This document shows positions 14,263-26,686 of a DNA stretch of 64,000 nucleotides, one piece after another; position 1 is the first letter of the stretch, and each line of letters begins with the position of its first letter. The stretch is taken from contig OZ024741.1 in NCBI GenBank assembly GCA_964016885.1, positions 128,712,001-128,776,000 on the forward strand. The letters run 5' to 3'. Both the position numbers and the translations under genes were made by a program. Below the pieces are notes generated by a model. That model did no database searches, was not told the DNA's origin, and saw only the letters and a program-made list of their open reading frames with translations. The DNA comes from Eledone cirrhosa. Lineage: Eukaryota.

Positions 14263-14489
14263 TTCATCCTCTATAACTCTTTCTCTCTTCCTCTCTCTCA
14301 CTTTCTATCTATCTCTGGAAGAAATCTGCTGTATTCGGACCTGAAGAGGGATGTGTTCCGCCAGACTCGAAATACCCTAGAAACGCCGCCGTATGTGCCC
14401 CTACGACGGTGCCCCTACGACTCTACGGGAGTTACGGGACCATACATACATGTATGAGAGTAAAGTGGTAAATTGGCACAGTCGTTAGA

Positions 14490-14900
14490 GATGTCCGTGA
14501 ACCGCTTGGCCTAATGATTAAGATGCTTGACGTACGACGTAATGTCGGCGGTTCGATTCCTGGACAGGGTGCCCGCTTTGTATTCTTGAACAAAACGCTT
14601 TATTTCACGTTGCTACAGTACACAGAGCTGAGTGTAAATACCAGCAGTAGCCGAGGAGGTAATCCTGCGATAGACCGAAGCCCTCTCCAAGGAGAGTATT
14701 GTACTCTCAGTTGCTTAACGCCAAAGAAACCAGGAATAAGCACCGGCTTAGAACAGATTTTAAATAACTTTAACTTTAGGGAAGTCGTATTAAATGCTTC
14801 GGTATTTATTCTGGTTCGCTGCACGCCGAGTTCAAAACCTGCCGAGGTCAATTTTGCCTTTTGTCCTCTCGAGGTCAATATATAAACTACTAATCCAGTA
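14490..14900 (+). mobile_element. CORE-like SINE nested inside a family 1-like SINE
   Basis: Family 1 head starts ~14463 (GTGGTAAATTGGCACAGTCGTTAGA), is interrupted by a tRNA/CORE-like unit ~14490-14750 (GTTCGATTCC...TTCTTGAACAAAACGCTTTATTTCAC), and resumes ~14780 (GAGTTCAAAACCTGCCGAGGTC). Confidence 0.6.
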
Positions 14901-15179
14901 CTTGGCTACAGCAGATTTAAAATAACCGTGGCTCGCCGTATACTAAGACGGTGCCTCTACAACTCTAAGAGGATTATGGCTATAAAAAGAAGAATTTCGT
15001 GGTTATGTTCGGAGAAGATGCATGCATATATTTCGATGTTCTGTTCTGTATTTTAGATAGCTTCAAATACTTGTGAAACATATAAAGACAGTTTGTTATG
15101 TTTATCTTTCTGTGTATGTAGAGAATAGCTGAATTGTAGTGATTTATTTTTATTTCACGTTTCTTTACATCTTCGTAGC

Positions 15180-15500
15180 GAATTATTAATTTAGCTGTCT
15201 TTTTATCCTTAAGTAGTCAATAAAATAAAGTACCAGTAACACACCGGGGTCGATTTAATCAATTTTCCCCTCCCCAAAATTGTTGGCCTTGTGCGTAAAT
15301 CAGAAACCAATATTATTATTGGGCGTTTGACAACAAGCTTTGCAACATATTGTTACGTCCCTTTACGTTCTGGGTTCAAATCCCACCAAGGTTAGCTTTG
15401 CCTTTTATCTTTAAAGTACCAGTAACGCACTAGGTCGATTTAATCGACTTTATCCTCCACAAAAATTGCTGGATTTGTGCCTAAATCAGAAACCATTAAT
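15180..15500 (+). mobile_element. Two degenerate SINE family 1 copies
   Basis: AAAATAAAGTACCAGTAAC...GGGGTCGATTTAATC and GGTTCAAATCCCACCAAGGTTAGCTTTGCC. Confidence 0.75.
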
Positions 15501-15647
15501 TTATTCGTTTCAGATGTTAAGACGTCTGCCCTAAATCGTTTTTATATCTATCTTTTATTTTTTTACAGGACACTGTCGATGTGAACGGATACAGCATAGC
15601 GGCTGTCGTGAAGCATGTGAACAGGTCAGTACAGTTGTAATTTAGAA

Positions 15648-16271
15648 CTAGACCACCCGTGACCCATTGGGTCACGTTTATTTCAAAATAATTTTTAAAG
15701 AATTAAAATATTCACAGACATGTATATAATGTGAAATGAAACTGAAACGTGTGTGTATGTATATATATAAATGTGTGTGTGTGTGTGTATACATATAAAT
15801 GTGTGTGTGTGTATATATACATATATATATGTATGTGTTCGTGTGTATATATATATGTGGGTGTCTGTGATTTATATCTGGTCATAGACACACACACACA
15901 TATATATATATACACACACTCACATATATATATATATATATGTATACACACAACAACACCACCAGCTCTCTTCCATTCTCCTTCTCTGTCTCCTCTCCCT
16001 CTCTCTATGTCTCTCTTTCAATCTACTCTCTCACAACCACCATCTCTTTCTCTCTATCTTTCCCTCTCTTTGTTTATGAAGGTACCCGGAAAAAACCCAT
16101 ATCTCGGGAACCCGTGGTCCGATTTACACGAAACTTGTTTTATTCCATTTGTATTCCCATTTCAGGGGCAACTTCCTTTCAAAGTATTTTCCCATTATGC
16201 GCCCTTTTGGCTGTATTACATTACAGACAAACAAGCAAGCAATCACAGACTTTTAGTAATATATTGATAGA
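15648..16271 (-). mobile_element. Non-autonomous Helitron family H3 carrying microsatellites
   Basis: Minus strand starts A|TCTATCAATATATTACTAAAAG and ends with hairpin CGTGACCC-AAT-GGGTCACG then CTAG|T. No TSD. Confidence 0.8.
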
Positions 16272-16581
16272 TATATAATAGTGGGCGGTACTTAAAATGG
16301 AACAGAAAATTTCGATAGGGCACCAGACCAAATACCTTGTTGTTTTTTAGTTAAGACCCTTTACGAACTCAAATGTCGCCGGATGGTGCTAGCTGGTTAA
16401 CTGCCTGTCAAGTAGCAAATTACGTATGTTACTTTTGAAGGGTGCACACTCCCATTTTTCGAATTTCGGCTACTTATTATTTTAAAATTTTAACTTTTAA
16501 AGGTAATAAGAATCATATTCAATTATCAGCTGAATAAATTAGAACAGAAATCAGGTTATCCTGATTCATATATATATATAT

Positions 16582-16945
16582 GAAGGCGCGTGACTTACTG
16601 TGTGGAGTATTCGGCTTACAATCGTAGGTTCGTGAGATCGATTCCCAGCGGTGCGTTGTCTACTGGAGCAAGACACTTTATTTCACATAGCTCCAGTCCA
16701 CTCAGCTGGCAAAAATGAGTTGTACCTCTAATTCGAAGGGCCAGCCTTGTCACATTGACACCCAATGTGACAAGGCTGGCCCTTCGAATTAAAGGTACAA
16801 CTCATTTTTGCTAGCTGAGTGGACTGGAGCTATGTGAAATAAAGTGTCTTGCTCCAGTACACAACGCTGAGAACTACGTTAAGGTACGGATGTCGGTAGA
16901 ATGCTCGGCCACTGGCATGTTAATTTCACTAGCAGGCTGTTTCGA
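16582..16945 (+). mobile_element. SINE family 2 with internal fold-back duplication
   Basis: tRNA-like head at 16582; 16661-16757 and 16763-16859 are inverted copies; SINE 3' body resumes ~16865. Confidence 0.85.
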
Positions 16946-17004
16946 TGCACATATATATATATATATTGTGCACTATTGCATAATATATGCAGACAGTAGA
17001 TGTA

Positions 17005-17117
17005 ACTTGAGGACGATACTGGATGCACTGCGGAAGAACTGGCAAACGCTATGAGCGACAGAGATGGATGGAGGAAACGTGTCGTAGAAAGCCGAGCAGG
17101 CTCGACCTGATGATGAT
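17005..17117 (+). mobile_element. RTE-clade LINE extreme 3' end with (TGA)n tail
   Basis: Translates EDDTGCTAEELANAMSDRDGWRKRVVESRAGST*, parallel to DTGLLEMQDMAAIMRDRDRWRELV at 22.9 kb. Confidence 0.7.
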
Positions 17118-17352
17118 GTAGATGCTGTGCACTCTATTGCTGCATTAAATGTGGCAGAAACTCGAGTTCGGGTATAGTTTGAAGGTACCCATTTACGGGT
17201 GTTGTGTTACTTAACACAACACATGTTGTTAAGTTAAGTTTACTTAACATTGTTATGTTAACGTTGTTATGCTAAGTTTACTTAACATTACCTATTGAGT
17301 ACGCTGAGATGCAACCGGTACTAACAGTGAAACCCATGCTAGTCTCGTCAAC

Positions 17353-17409
<57 letters not shown>

Positions 17410-17411
<2 letters not shown>

Positions 17412-17645
17412 AGATGGCGTAGGACAGAACAAAGGAAAGAATCCCCAGTCACTGAAGAGGTCACAGAATGTGTGACGAAAGAACTTTGACAATATATGAA
17501 GAACCGTCCGGCTATGGAACCAACCAACCAACCGGAAATTTATAAATTCTTAAATTTATAAATTTAATTTATAATAAATTGGAGTGAAAGCAACTGGTGC
17601 GTGTGTTTCTTATTGGCAACATGACCCTCCCAAAGCATAACAATA
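17410..17645 (+). mobile_element. PLE pseudo-LTR fragment, family B, between (TA)n tracts
   Basis: Near-identical to 63683-63930; contains an HHR. Confidence 0.8.
17448..17490 (+). ncRNA. Minimal type I hammerhead ribozyme (family B)
   Basis: GTCA|CTGAAGA|G-GTCACA-GAATG-TGTGAC|GAAA|GAAC|TT|TGAC. Confidence 0.7.
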
Positions 17646-17671
17646 TATATATGTGTGTATATACACACACC

Positions 17672-17730
<59 letters not shown>

Positions 17731-18148
17731 GTACATGCATTGCATACATACATACGTACATATATACATACGTACGTACGTACGTACGTACGTACGCACA
17801 TGCATACATACATGCACATTGTTTGGTATTTATAAATGGTTGCATACATATATACACTGATAAAAATAAATAAATATATAAATAAATTATACAGACATCT
17901 TGCCATAGACTAAATCTTTTCTTTTCGTATTATGATATCTCCTTAAAGGGTCAGTTACACCTTTAAACATCATTCATCACAACATGTCACCATATTTTAG
18001 TAATTTTATCGGTCGAACTTAACCTTCTTTTTGTCGAAAGGTCACTGTCATTTCAACACGTCTGTGTATACTGGTATATGAAAATAATATTAAATTTGTC
18101 CCATTCTTAAAGATGTCAATACAAGATATATACTTCACTCACCTTCCC

Positions 18149-18206
<58 letters not shown>

Positions 18207-18436
18207 CTTTCTCTCTTTCTCTCACCCTTTATCTATCTCGCTCATTTTACACACGCACTTGCGCACACACGCACACACACACATAATTGAACAATTGTTC
18301 ATCAATCAGAAAATATTCATGAATGTATGTCTATATTTTTATGTATGTATGTACGTATGCTTGTGTGTGTGCATATATATATATGTATATATGTATGTGT
18401 GAGCGTGTGTATATATATGTGTGTGTGTGTGTGTGT

Positions 18437-18515
<79 letters not shown>

Positions 18516-19698
18516 TGTGCATATTTATGTGCCTGAGCATGTCACAATACATCCCGCAAAATATATCATAAAAATGTTAAGATGTCTTTTTCGAATATTG
18601 ATTTATTTTGTGTTGTGTTGTGTTTTTTACGGGTTTGCTTTTTGTAACAAAATCTTCAACCATCCAAATTTAATGTTGAAAAGCAGATAGCAGATTATAG
18701 TAAAATATTACTAAAGTACAACGAGAATATATTATAGTGCAAAGTTTAACAGCACATTGCTCAACTTAGAGGCTCCTTCAGTTTCAAGCACACGGTGAAC
18801 TCGCTCTTCCAGTTTTATTTGGAGAATTTAAAACCAAGTTAAACTTTCATCTACCCAGTTATAAAAATACACCATTCTCGACCATGATACTCCCTATTTC
18901 CCCAGGGCCTTCTGCCGCCACTTTTACTTCGGCGAGAAACTACACATATTACAAGAGTTAACTGTATCCCTTAACAAAAAAACCGAACAGTCTTTCTACT
19001 TAGGAAAACAGGCACTCTCTACTGGCTAAGCTCAAGCCTTTAGCTGTTAACACTTTGACATAACCTTTACCCAGTGCATACTACCGCATCCCTTAACACG
19101 GAAAGAAACTCTACGACTTTCTTTCCATCATCAAAAATTCTAAGCCAATTTACTATCCCATACGCTTTTACTGAAACTTTACAGAAACTTTAAGTAATAC
19201 CAGAATTCCTAATAAGACTTCTGATTCTTTGTGCTGAATATTCTACTCATTTACAGTCGGTAGCCACCAATTCACCCGGTAGCCCTCAGTGGCCAACGCA
19301 ATCTTGTCTAGTAGCAAGCAATCAGCAGCAGCGATCAGCCACTGATTTCGCCAAACTTATTAGAGCCAGCCAACCTCCAATGAAAAATAGTCACATTTAG
19401 AATCTGTGAAAGCATCTTCACTCAAAACCCAGCCCCCGAATGACCATAAGAGTGTTTTTTCCTGTGAAACCCTAAGTAATGTAATTCTGAGTCAAACTGT
19501 TTTTTTATAAATAAACATAGACTATACGCAACGTCTTGAGTGCTCTACTCTTTCGTTTGAATACACGCTCTATTTATGTACTACATACATATGTACGTAT
19601 GTATGCATGTACGTTTGTATGTTTGTGTGTGTGCAATGTATGTATATGCAAATGTTCATATATATATGTGTGTGTGTGTACAGGTAAATATATCCATA

Positions 19699-19865
19699 CT
19701 GTATTTCCCGGCGTCGAAGATGCTACTTTTTTCCTAAAATAAGTCTCAAAAATGTACCATGCGTCCTGGAGGCCGAAGGTTATTTATTATTTTTTTCAAA
19801 TTTTTGGTTGTTAAAATTAGAGTGCATCCTCGAGGACGAAGCGTCTTCGGCGCCGTGAAATACGG
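19699..19865. mobile_element. Tc1/mariner-superfamily (pogo/Tc2-like) MITE
   Basis: Imperfect ~26 bp TIRs CTGTATTTCCCGGCGTCGAAGATGCT / AGCGTCTTCGGCGCCGTGAAATACGG flanked by TA on both sides. Confidence 0.75.
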
Positions 19866-19999
19866 TACATAGCTTAACAAACAAGGACGAAATCCTGTTG
19901 CTGTTATTTGTGATGTGTGTTGGTAGTATGAGGTAGTTGGTAGGTGATGCTGCTGCTGGATTGTAGGGCATTAGTTGGAGCTAGTGATGGCATTATCTA

Positions 20000-20185
20000 G
20001 TGAATTGGCAGTATCGGTAGAGGGTCGGACGCCATGCTTTGACGCATAGAGTTACGGCCCTTGTCATTCTGAGTTCAAATCCCGCCGAGGTTAACTTTGC
20101 CTTTCATCCTTACGGGGTCGATAAAATAAAGTACCAGTAATGCACTGGGTAATTGCTGGCCTTGTGCCAATAGTAGAAACAATTA
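20000..20185 (+). mobile_element. SINE family 1
   Basis: TTGGCAGTATCGGTAGAG...GAGTTCAAATCCCGCCGAGG...GTACCAGTAATGCACTGGG. Confidence 0.9.
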
Positions 20186-20427
20186 TCTAGAACCCCCCCC
20201 CCCCCTCACACATCTCTCCATATACACACCAATGTCATTCTAATTCTCATCCATACCAATATCAACCTCATCCATCAAAAGTCAAAACTTGCTGTTCTTT
20301 ATTTGCTTCATTTGCGGTATTTCTGTTTTTTGTTGTTTTTTATTTAATTTAAACTTTCGTTGCTTCAATTTTTTGTACTGTGGTTTTCAATTTATATTTT
20401 ATTTTCATAGAATTTCATAGATTTTTT

Positions 20428-21081
20428 GGCATAGGTTAAGAATAACGTTCGCGAAAATGAAAGTCAATTTTCTGACAAGTGAATGTGTTTGTTGTTTTTT
20501 TTACAATGAAAGTTACGATACACTGTTTGTTTATTTACAACAGGTCTCTATAGTGATATGGTGTTAATTAGTATTGCGTGTGTGATTATTTTCTCTTATA
20601 TATATATGTGTGGGTGTGTATATGTGTGTATATATATGTGTGTCTGTATGTATATATATATGTGTGTTTGTATATATATGTGTTTGTGTCATCATCATCG
20701 TTTAGATGTTTTTACCCAAATCCCTTATCATTCTCTGTCCTTCTTATGACCCGGCCTTAATTTCTTTATAGTTGGTGCCAACTTTGGCAAGATATTACAA
20801 AAACATCTAAACGATGATGATGACACAAACACATATATATATACAAACACACATATATATATACATACAGACACACATATATATACACACATATACACAC
20901 CCACACATATATATATAAGAGAAAATAATCACACACGCAATACTAATTAACACCATATCACTATAGAGACCTGTTGTAAATAAACAGTGTATCGTAAGTT
21001 TCACTGTAAAAAAAAAAAAAACACATTCACTTGTCAGAAAATTGACTTTCATTTTCGCGAACGTTATTCTTAACCTATGCC
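20428..21081. repeat. Long inverted duplication (~285 bp arms, ~87 bp spacer)
   Basis: GGCATAGGTTAAGAATAACG...GATGTTTTT is the reverse complement of AAAAACATC...CGTTATTCTTAACCTATGCC. Confidence 0.9.
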
Positions 21082-21507
21082 GATTTTTTTTTTTTGTTTG
21101 GTTTTGTTTGGTTTTTTGGGGGGTTTTTTTTTGGTTTTTTGTATGTATGTTTGTTTTTTGCTTTAATGTTTTTCTCTGTAGAATACTCAGTCACTTGCAC
21201 GTTAATTTCACGAGCAGGTTGTTCCGTTGATTGTATCAACTGGAACACTCGTCGTCGTAACCGACGGGGTACCAGTTAATACAGAATTATCTAATGTCTA
21301 AAGTTTGTCTCGAGCCTGAAGACTCATCAGGCCGGTGCTTATACCGGCTTCCGCGGTGTTAAGTGACGAGAGTACAAGACAGTCCACTGGGCAGGACAAC
21401 AATCTATCGTAGGGTTAAATGTATGTTTGTGTGTATGTGTATATATGTATGTATATGTGTGTGTGTATGTATGTATGTGTGTGTGTGTGTATGTGTATGT
21501 ATGTATA

Positions 21508-21538
<31 letters not shown>

Positions 21539-22015
21539 GTATGTGTATGTATGTATATGTGTGTGTATGTATGTATGTGTGTGTGTATGTATGTATATGT
21601 GTGTATGTGTATGTATGTATGTATGTGTGTATGTGTATGTATGTATGTATATGTGTGTGTGTATGTATATATGTATGTATATATATATATATGTGTGTGT
21701 GTGTGTATGTACGTATATGTGTGTGTGTATGTAAATATATATATATATATATGTATGTATATATGTATGTATATGTGTGTGTATGTATGTATGATGCAAA
21801 CATTAAACGAAAATAACAAAGCAAACGTCACAGTATAACGAAGAAATATATTAGTTTAACACTTGATATAGTAAGAAAAGAGTCATAACGTTTCGGACAC
21901 TATTCCTTCATCAAAAGATAGAATGAATAATAAAAAATGAAATAGAAATATAGAGAGTGAGAAGAGAAAGGAGAATATTCTGTCAGCCATTATGGAGCAA
22001 AAGAAAAATAAGATA

Positions 22016-22225
<210 letters not shown>

Positions 22226-22226
22226 C

Positions 22227-22363
<137 letters not shown>

Positions 22364-22383
22364 CATATATATACATATATATA

Positions 22384-22475
<92 letters not shown>

Positions 22476-22486
22476 CATATATATAT

Positions 22487-22960
22487 GTCCAAGTCTCAGA
22501 CCCATACAGCAGCACAGACTCCACTACAGCAATGAAGAGGCGGATTTTCAGGTCTCTACGAAGGTCCGACTTCCAAGAGACTCACTCAGATGGTGGATGA
22601 GTGCTACACGAGAATGCTGAGGATGGCTCTGAACATTAATCAGTATACACTGAGGATGAAAAACTCAGAGCTGTATGGGAGCATCCCAAAAGTCAGCTCA
22701 AAAGTGACACAGAGGAGACTGAGGTTGGCTGGACATGCTCACCGACATCCAGAGTTGACATTGCACTCAGTGCTCCTTTGGGAACCCCTACATGGACACA
22801 CTAGAAGAGGAAGACCAAGGTTAACATATGTTGATGCCCTAAGGACAGACACTGGTCTGTTGGAGATGCAGGATATGGCAGCGATAATGAGGGACAGAGA
22901 CCGCTGGAGAGAACTCGTCCATGGATCTCGGGAATTTTACCCGCCTTAGATAGATAGATA
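22487..22960 (+). mobile_element. RTE-clade LINE 3' end with inverted 5' segment
   Basis: Plus 22590-22949 encodes [14 protein letters not shown]...RRLRLAGHAHRHPE...RGRPRLTYVD with a (TAGA)n tail. Minus 22487-22580 encodes the upstream motif [30 protein letters not shown]. Confidence 0.9.
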
Positions 22961-22962
22961 TA

Positions 22963-22993
<31 letters not shown>

Positions 22994-22996
22994 TTT

Positions 22997-24173
22997 TTTT
23001 AACTTTAATTATGTCTCATATAAAATAATACAACTGGATTTCCACAAAATACATATAGTTAGCACCCCAAACACTTAAATTGGGTTTATACTAACGTATA
23101 ACCTAATGTTTGTTGAGTGAGATGGTTACCAGTCGGAGTTTAGCCAAAAGCTATCTCTGTTATTGTATTAAATATTTTACTCTTGATTTGGCCAGAGATT
23201 TTTATTTCCAGGTACCTTATAAACTTGACTTTCCGTATTTATTACTGTTATGAGATATTGTTTTTTTTTTGGGGGGGGGGGTATAACTTCTCTGTTTTTA
23301 GCCTAAGAAAATATCTATATGCGTGTGTAAATAATTACATGCATACATTTATTTTTTTTAATTAATTGAGTTCTCAACACGCGAAATTAATATTGGTTTT
23401 GAAATAACTAATTAACTCGCGTGTATCAAATATTTTACTCTTAATTTGGCCAGAGATTTACATTCCCAAATGACTTTTAAAGCGTAACTTTCCGTATTTA
23501 TTACAGTTATGAGATGTGGTTGGTTTTTAGGTATTCACTTCTCTGTTTTTAGCCTAAGAAAATATCTATATGCGTGTGTAATTAATACACGCATACATTT
23601 ATTTTTTTAAAATTAATTGAGTTCTTAACACGCTGGATTGATAATGTTTTTGAAAAAACTAATTAACCCACGTGTATATTATTTTATTTTTCTCGTGACT
23701 AGTGGTTGTCTCCCTTTTCCGCTTCGTGACGCTATGATACTTCCTCAGTCAAAAGACTGCTGGAATTTCAAATTTGGCGGTCATTCGATGCGTGGAGGGA
23801 CAACTTAACAGACACGAAAATTAACTGCGGTAAGAAATTTTTTCTTATATCAAAGTTTAATGGGCTTCCACTGAAGATTTATAAGTGCCCACCTAAATAT
23901 ATTCTTACATGAAAATATGTTAGGCTTCTACATAAACTGGAAACATTCTCCCAACTTGTAGAAAACTTATAATGAAACAATTGTTTGGAAAGAGAGATAT
24001 ATTTTAACTTTAATTATGTCTCATATAAAATAATACAACTGGCTTTCCACAAAATACATATAGTTAGCACCCCAAACACTTAAATTGGGTTTATACTAAC
24101 GTATAACCTAATGTTTGTTGAGTGAGATGGTTACCAGTCGGAGTTTAGCTTAAAGCTATCTCTGTTATTGTAT

Positions 24174-24180
<7 letters not shown>
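22997..24180. mobile_element. Direct-repeat-bounded element between (TA)n tracts, class unknown
   Basis: ~180 bp direct repeats at ~22997-23175 and 24001-24180 (period 1005) plus an internal diverged tandem duplication of period ~258. Confidence 0.65.
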
Positions 24181-24231
<51 letters not shown>

Positions 24232-24266
24232 TATATATATATATATGTGTATATATATATATATAC

Positions 24267-24314
<48 letters not shown>

Positions 24315-24321
24315 GTGTATA

Positions 24322-24491
<170 letters not shown>

Positions 24492-24742
24492 CGCGCGCAC
24501 ACACACACATATGAAAATGTGAAAATCCCTAATGCAGAAAATAAATGTAATGACAGTTAATCACTACAGATAATAGCTGAGAATATCGGGTAAATTACCC
24601 CTAGAGACGAAACAAAGTGGCTACAGGCGCCTACGAGACGTTGAACCCTGTACACACACATATATGTGAGTGTGTATGTGTGTGTGTATGAGTCCGTTTT
24701 CTGTATAAATATTAATGTGCGTATATATGCAACGCTCACACA

Positions 24743-24996
<254 letters not shown>

Positions 24997-25235
24997 ATTA
25001 CCTATGATTAAATACATATGCGTAGTATCAACTTGAAGTCCGTCTGCACGTTTGGCCAATGTAGGAATCATTTTTCTTGGCGTTAGCAGCAGACATGAAG
25101 ACCAAGTAAATTTGAAAATTAAATTAACGACGTCTATTCACTTGAAATTTCCTGTTTGCTCTTAATAATTGTATCACAGCTTTATAAGTAAAGATCTGTT
25201 AAAACGATTGAATATATTTTTTTCATAGATTTAAA

Positions 25236-25281
<46 letters not shown>

Positions 25282-25357
25282 GGTTTGTTGGTTCACCACT
25301 GGATAGAATTGGTCATTCCGTATGGTTAATCTCTCGATGTAATATTATAATATTATT

Positions 25358-25500
25358 CGCATAGAGTTACGGCCCTTGCCATTCTGAGTTCAAATCCCGC
25401 CGAGGTTAACTTTGCCTTTCATCCTTACGGGGTCGATAAAATAAAGTACCAGTAATGTACTGGGTAATTGCTGGCCTTGTGCCAATAGTAGAAACAATTA
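25358..25500 (+). mobile_element. SINE family 1, 5'-truncated
   Basis: Near-identical to 20045-20185. Confidence 0.9.
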
Positions 25501-25581
25501 TTATAATTATATATATATATCTGTGCTATGACCATGTACGTGTGTGTGTGTCAGTGTTGATATATATATATATATATATAA

Positions 25582-26139
25582 TAGGATATGTGTTCCTTCA
25601 CGCACAAGGCGCTAAGGGACGCATGTATTGTCCAACCAAATGCCAGTGTGGTTCAATGGCAGGTTAATAAATTAACGAGCCAGAACAAATATAAACAAGG
25701 TTTAGCAAATAATGAAAAAGTTTCAAAATAAATTTTAAAAAATTGACTTTACCTACTATAGTTACCTTTACTACTCTCCTCTACTGTTGAGACAAATTGG
25801 GTCGCTCCGACTGCTGCTAGTGATAGTTGCGGCCGGTTTGACCTACCTCTCTCTGCCTCTATCTTTACTTCGGCCCTTGAAAAACTTGTTTCTACATCAT
25901 CCACTCTCATCCCAGGAACAGTTTTGATAGCGCTAGTTCGTAATGTAAATTCAAGAATTTTATATTCTTCGAATGAAAAGAACCTTCTGACGAGAATCTT
26001 TCTTTGCAACGAAGGCCGTATGGTCTCCGTTTATTTTGGGGATTCGAAACCGATCGGTAAAGGTAACTATAGTAGGTAAAGTCAATTTTTTAGAATTTAT
26101 TTTGAAACTTTTTCATTATTTGCTAAACCTTGTTTATAT
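25582..26139. mobile_element. Fold-back PLE-derived element, family C
   Basis: Arms 25689-25771 and 26057-26139; one-sided tail 25582-25688; (TA)n both sides; HHR. Confidence 0.8.
25982..26064 (+). ncRNA. Type I hammerhead ribozyme (family C)
   Basis: ACCTT|CTGACGA|GAATCTT...GGGATTC|GAAA|CCGATCGG|TA|AAGGT; GUA site after 26059. Confidence 0.85.
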
Positions 26140-26626
26140 ATATATATATATATATATATAATGAAATATAGAACGGGGGGGGGGGGGTCTACTGAGGGTC
26201 TAGGATATTTCTACGCTTTAAAGACAAGATACCACTTCACCCCAGGATATATATATATATATAAAATAACTACCAAAAGGTTATCGCTCTACATGACTGA
26301 ATACAATAAAGGTTTTTTAATATTAATAATAATATTCGATTCCTTTGCAATTATGCAAACAGCCTCTTTTAGGCCATGTCAGTAGAATGAGCGTCTCATT
26401 CTTGCTCTTGTGTTGGCATGTAAACATATATATATATATATATATATATATGTACGATGTATGTATGTATGTATGTATGTATGTATGTATGCATGTATGT
26501 ATGCATGTATGTATGTATGTATGTATGTATGATTCCACCTCAAGTGATTCAAATTCAACGAATATGATTTTGTGTATGACGCTTGCATTTATTCGAATGT
26601 GAGTGTGTACGTGTGTGCGCGCGCGC

Positions 26627-26686
<60 letters not shown>

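Noticed and set aside
18690-19520. Complex unique sequence, possibly a decayed TE or exon (also 26760-27400 and 27470-27790)
   Set aside because: No ORF or motif I could recognise; needs a database search.
20000-20090. tRNA genes at GTTCAAATCC motifs
   Set aside because: These are SINE heads with extended A-B spacing, no cloverleaf, and an attached SINE body.
21300-21336. CTGAAGA/CTGATGA motifs on both strands
   Set aside because: GAAA is replaced by GAGA and there is no stem I.
21880-21920. Minus-strand TTGATGA-AGGAATAGTGTCC-GAAACGTTA hammerhead-like motif
   Set aside because: Stem I does not pair and C3 is altered; at best a dead relic.
23865-23930. CTGAAGA...GAAA inside the direct-repeat element
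   Set aside because: Stems I and II do not pair convincingly.
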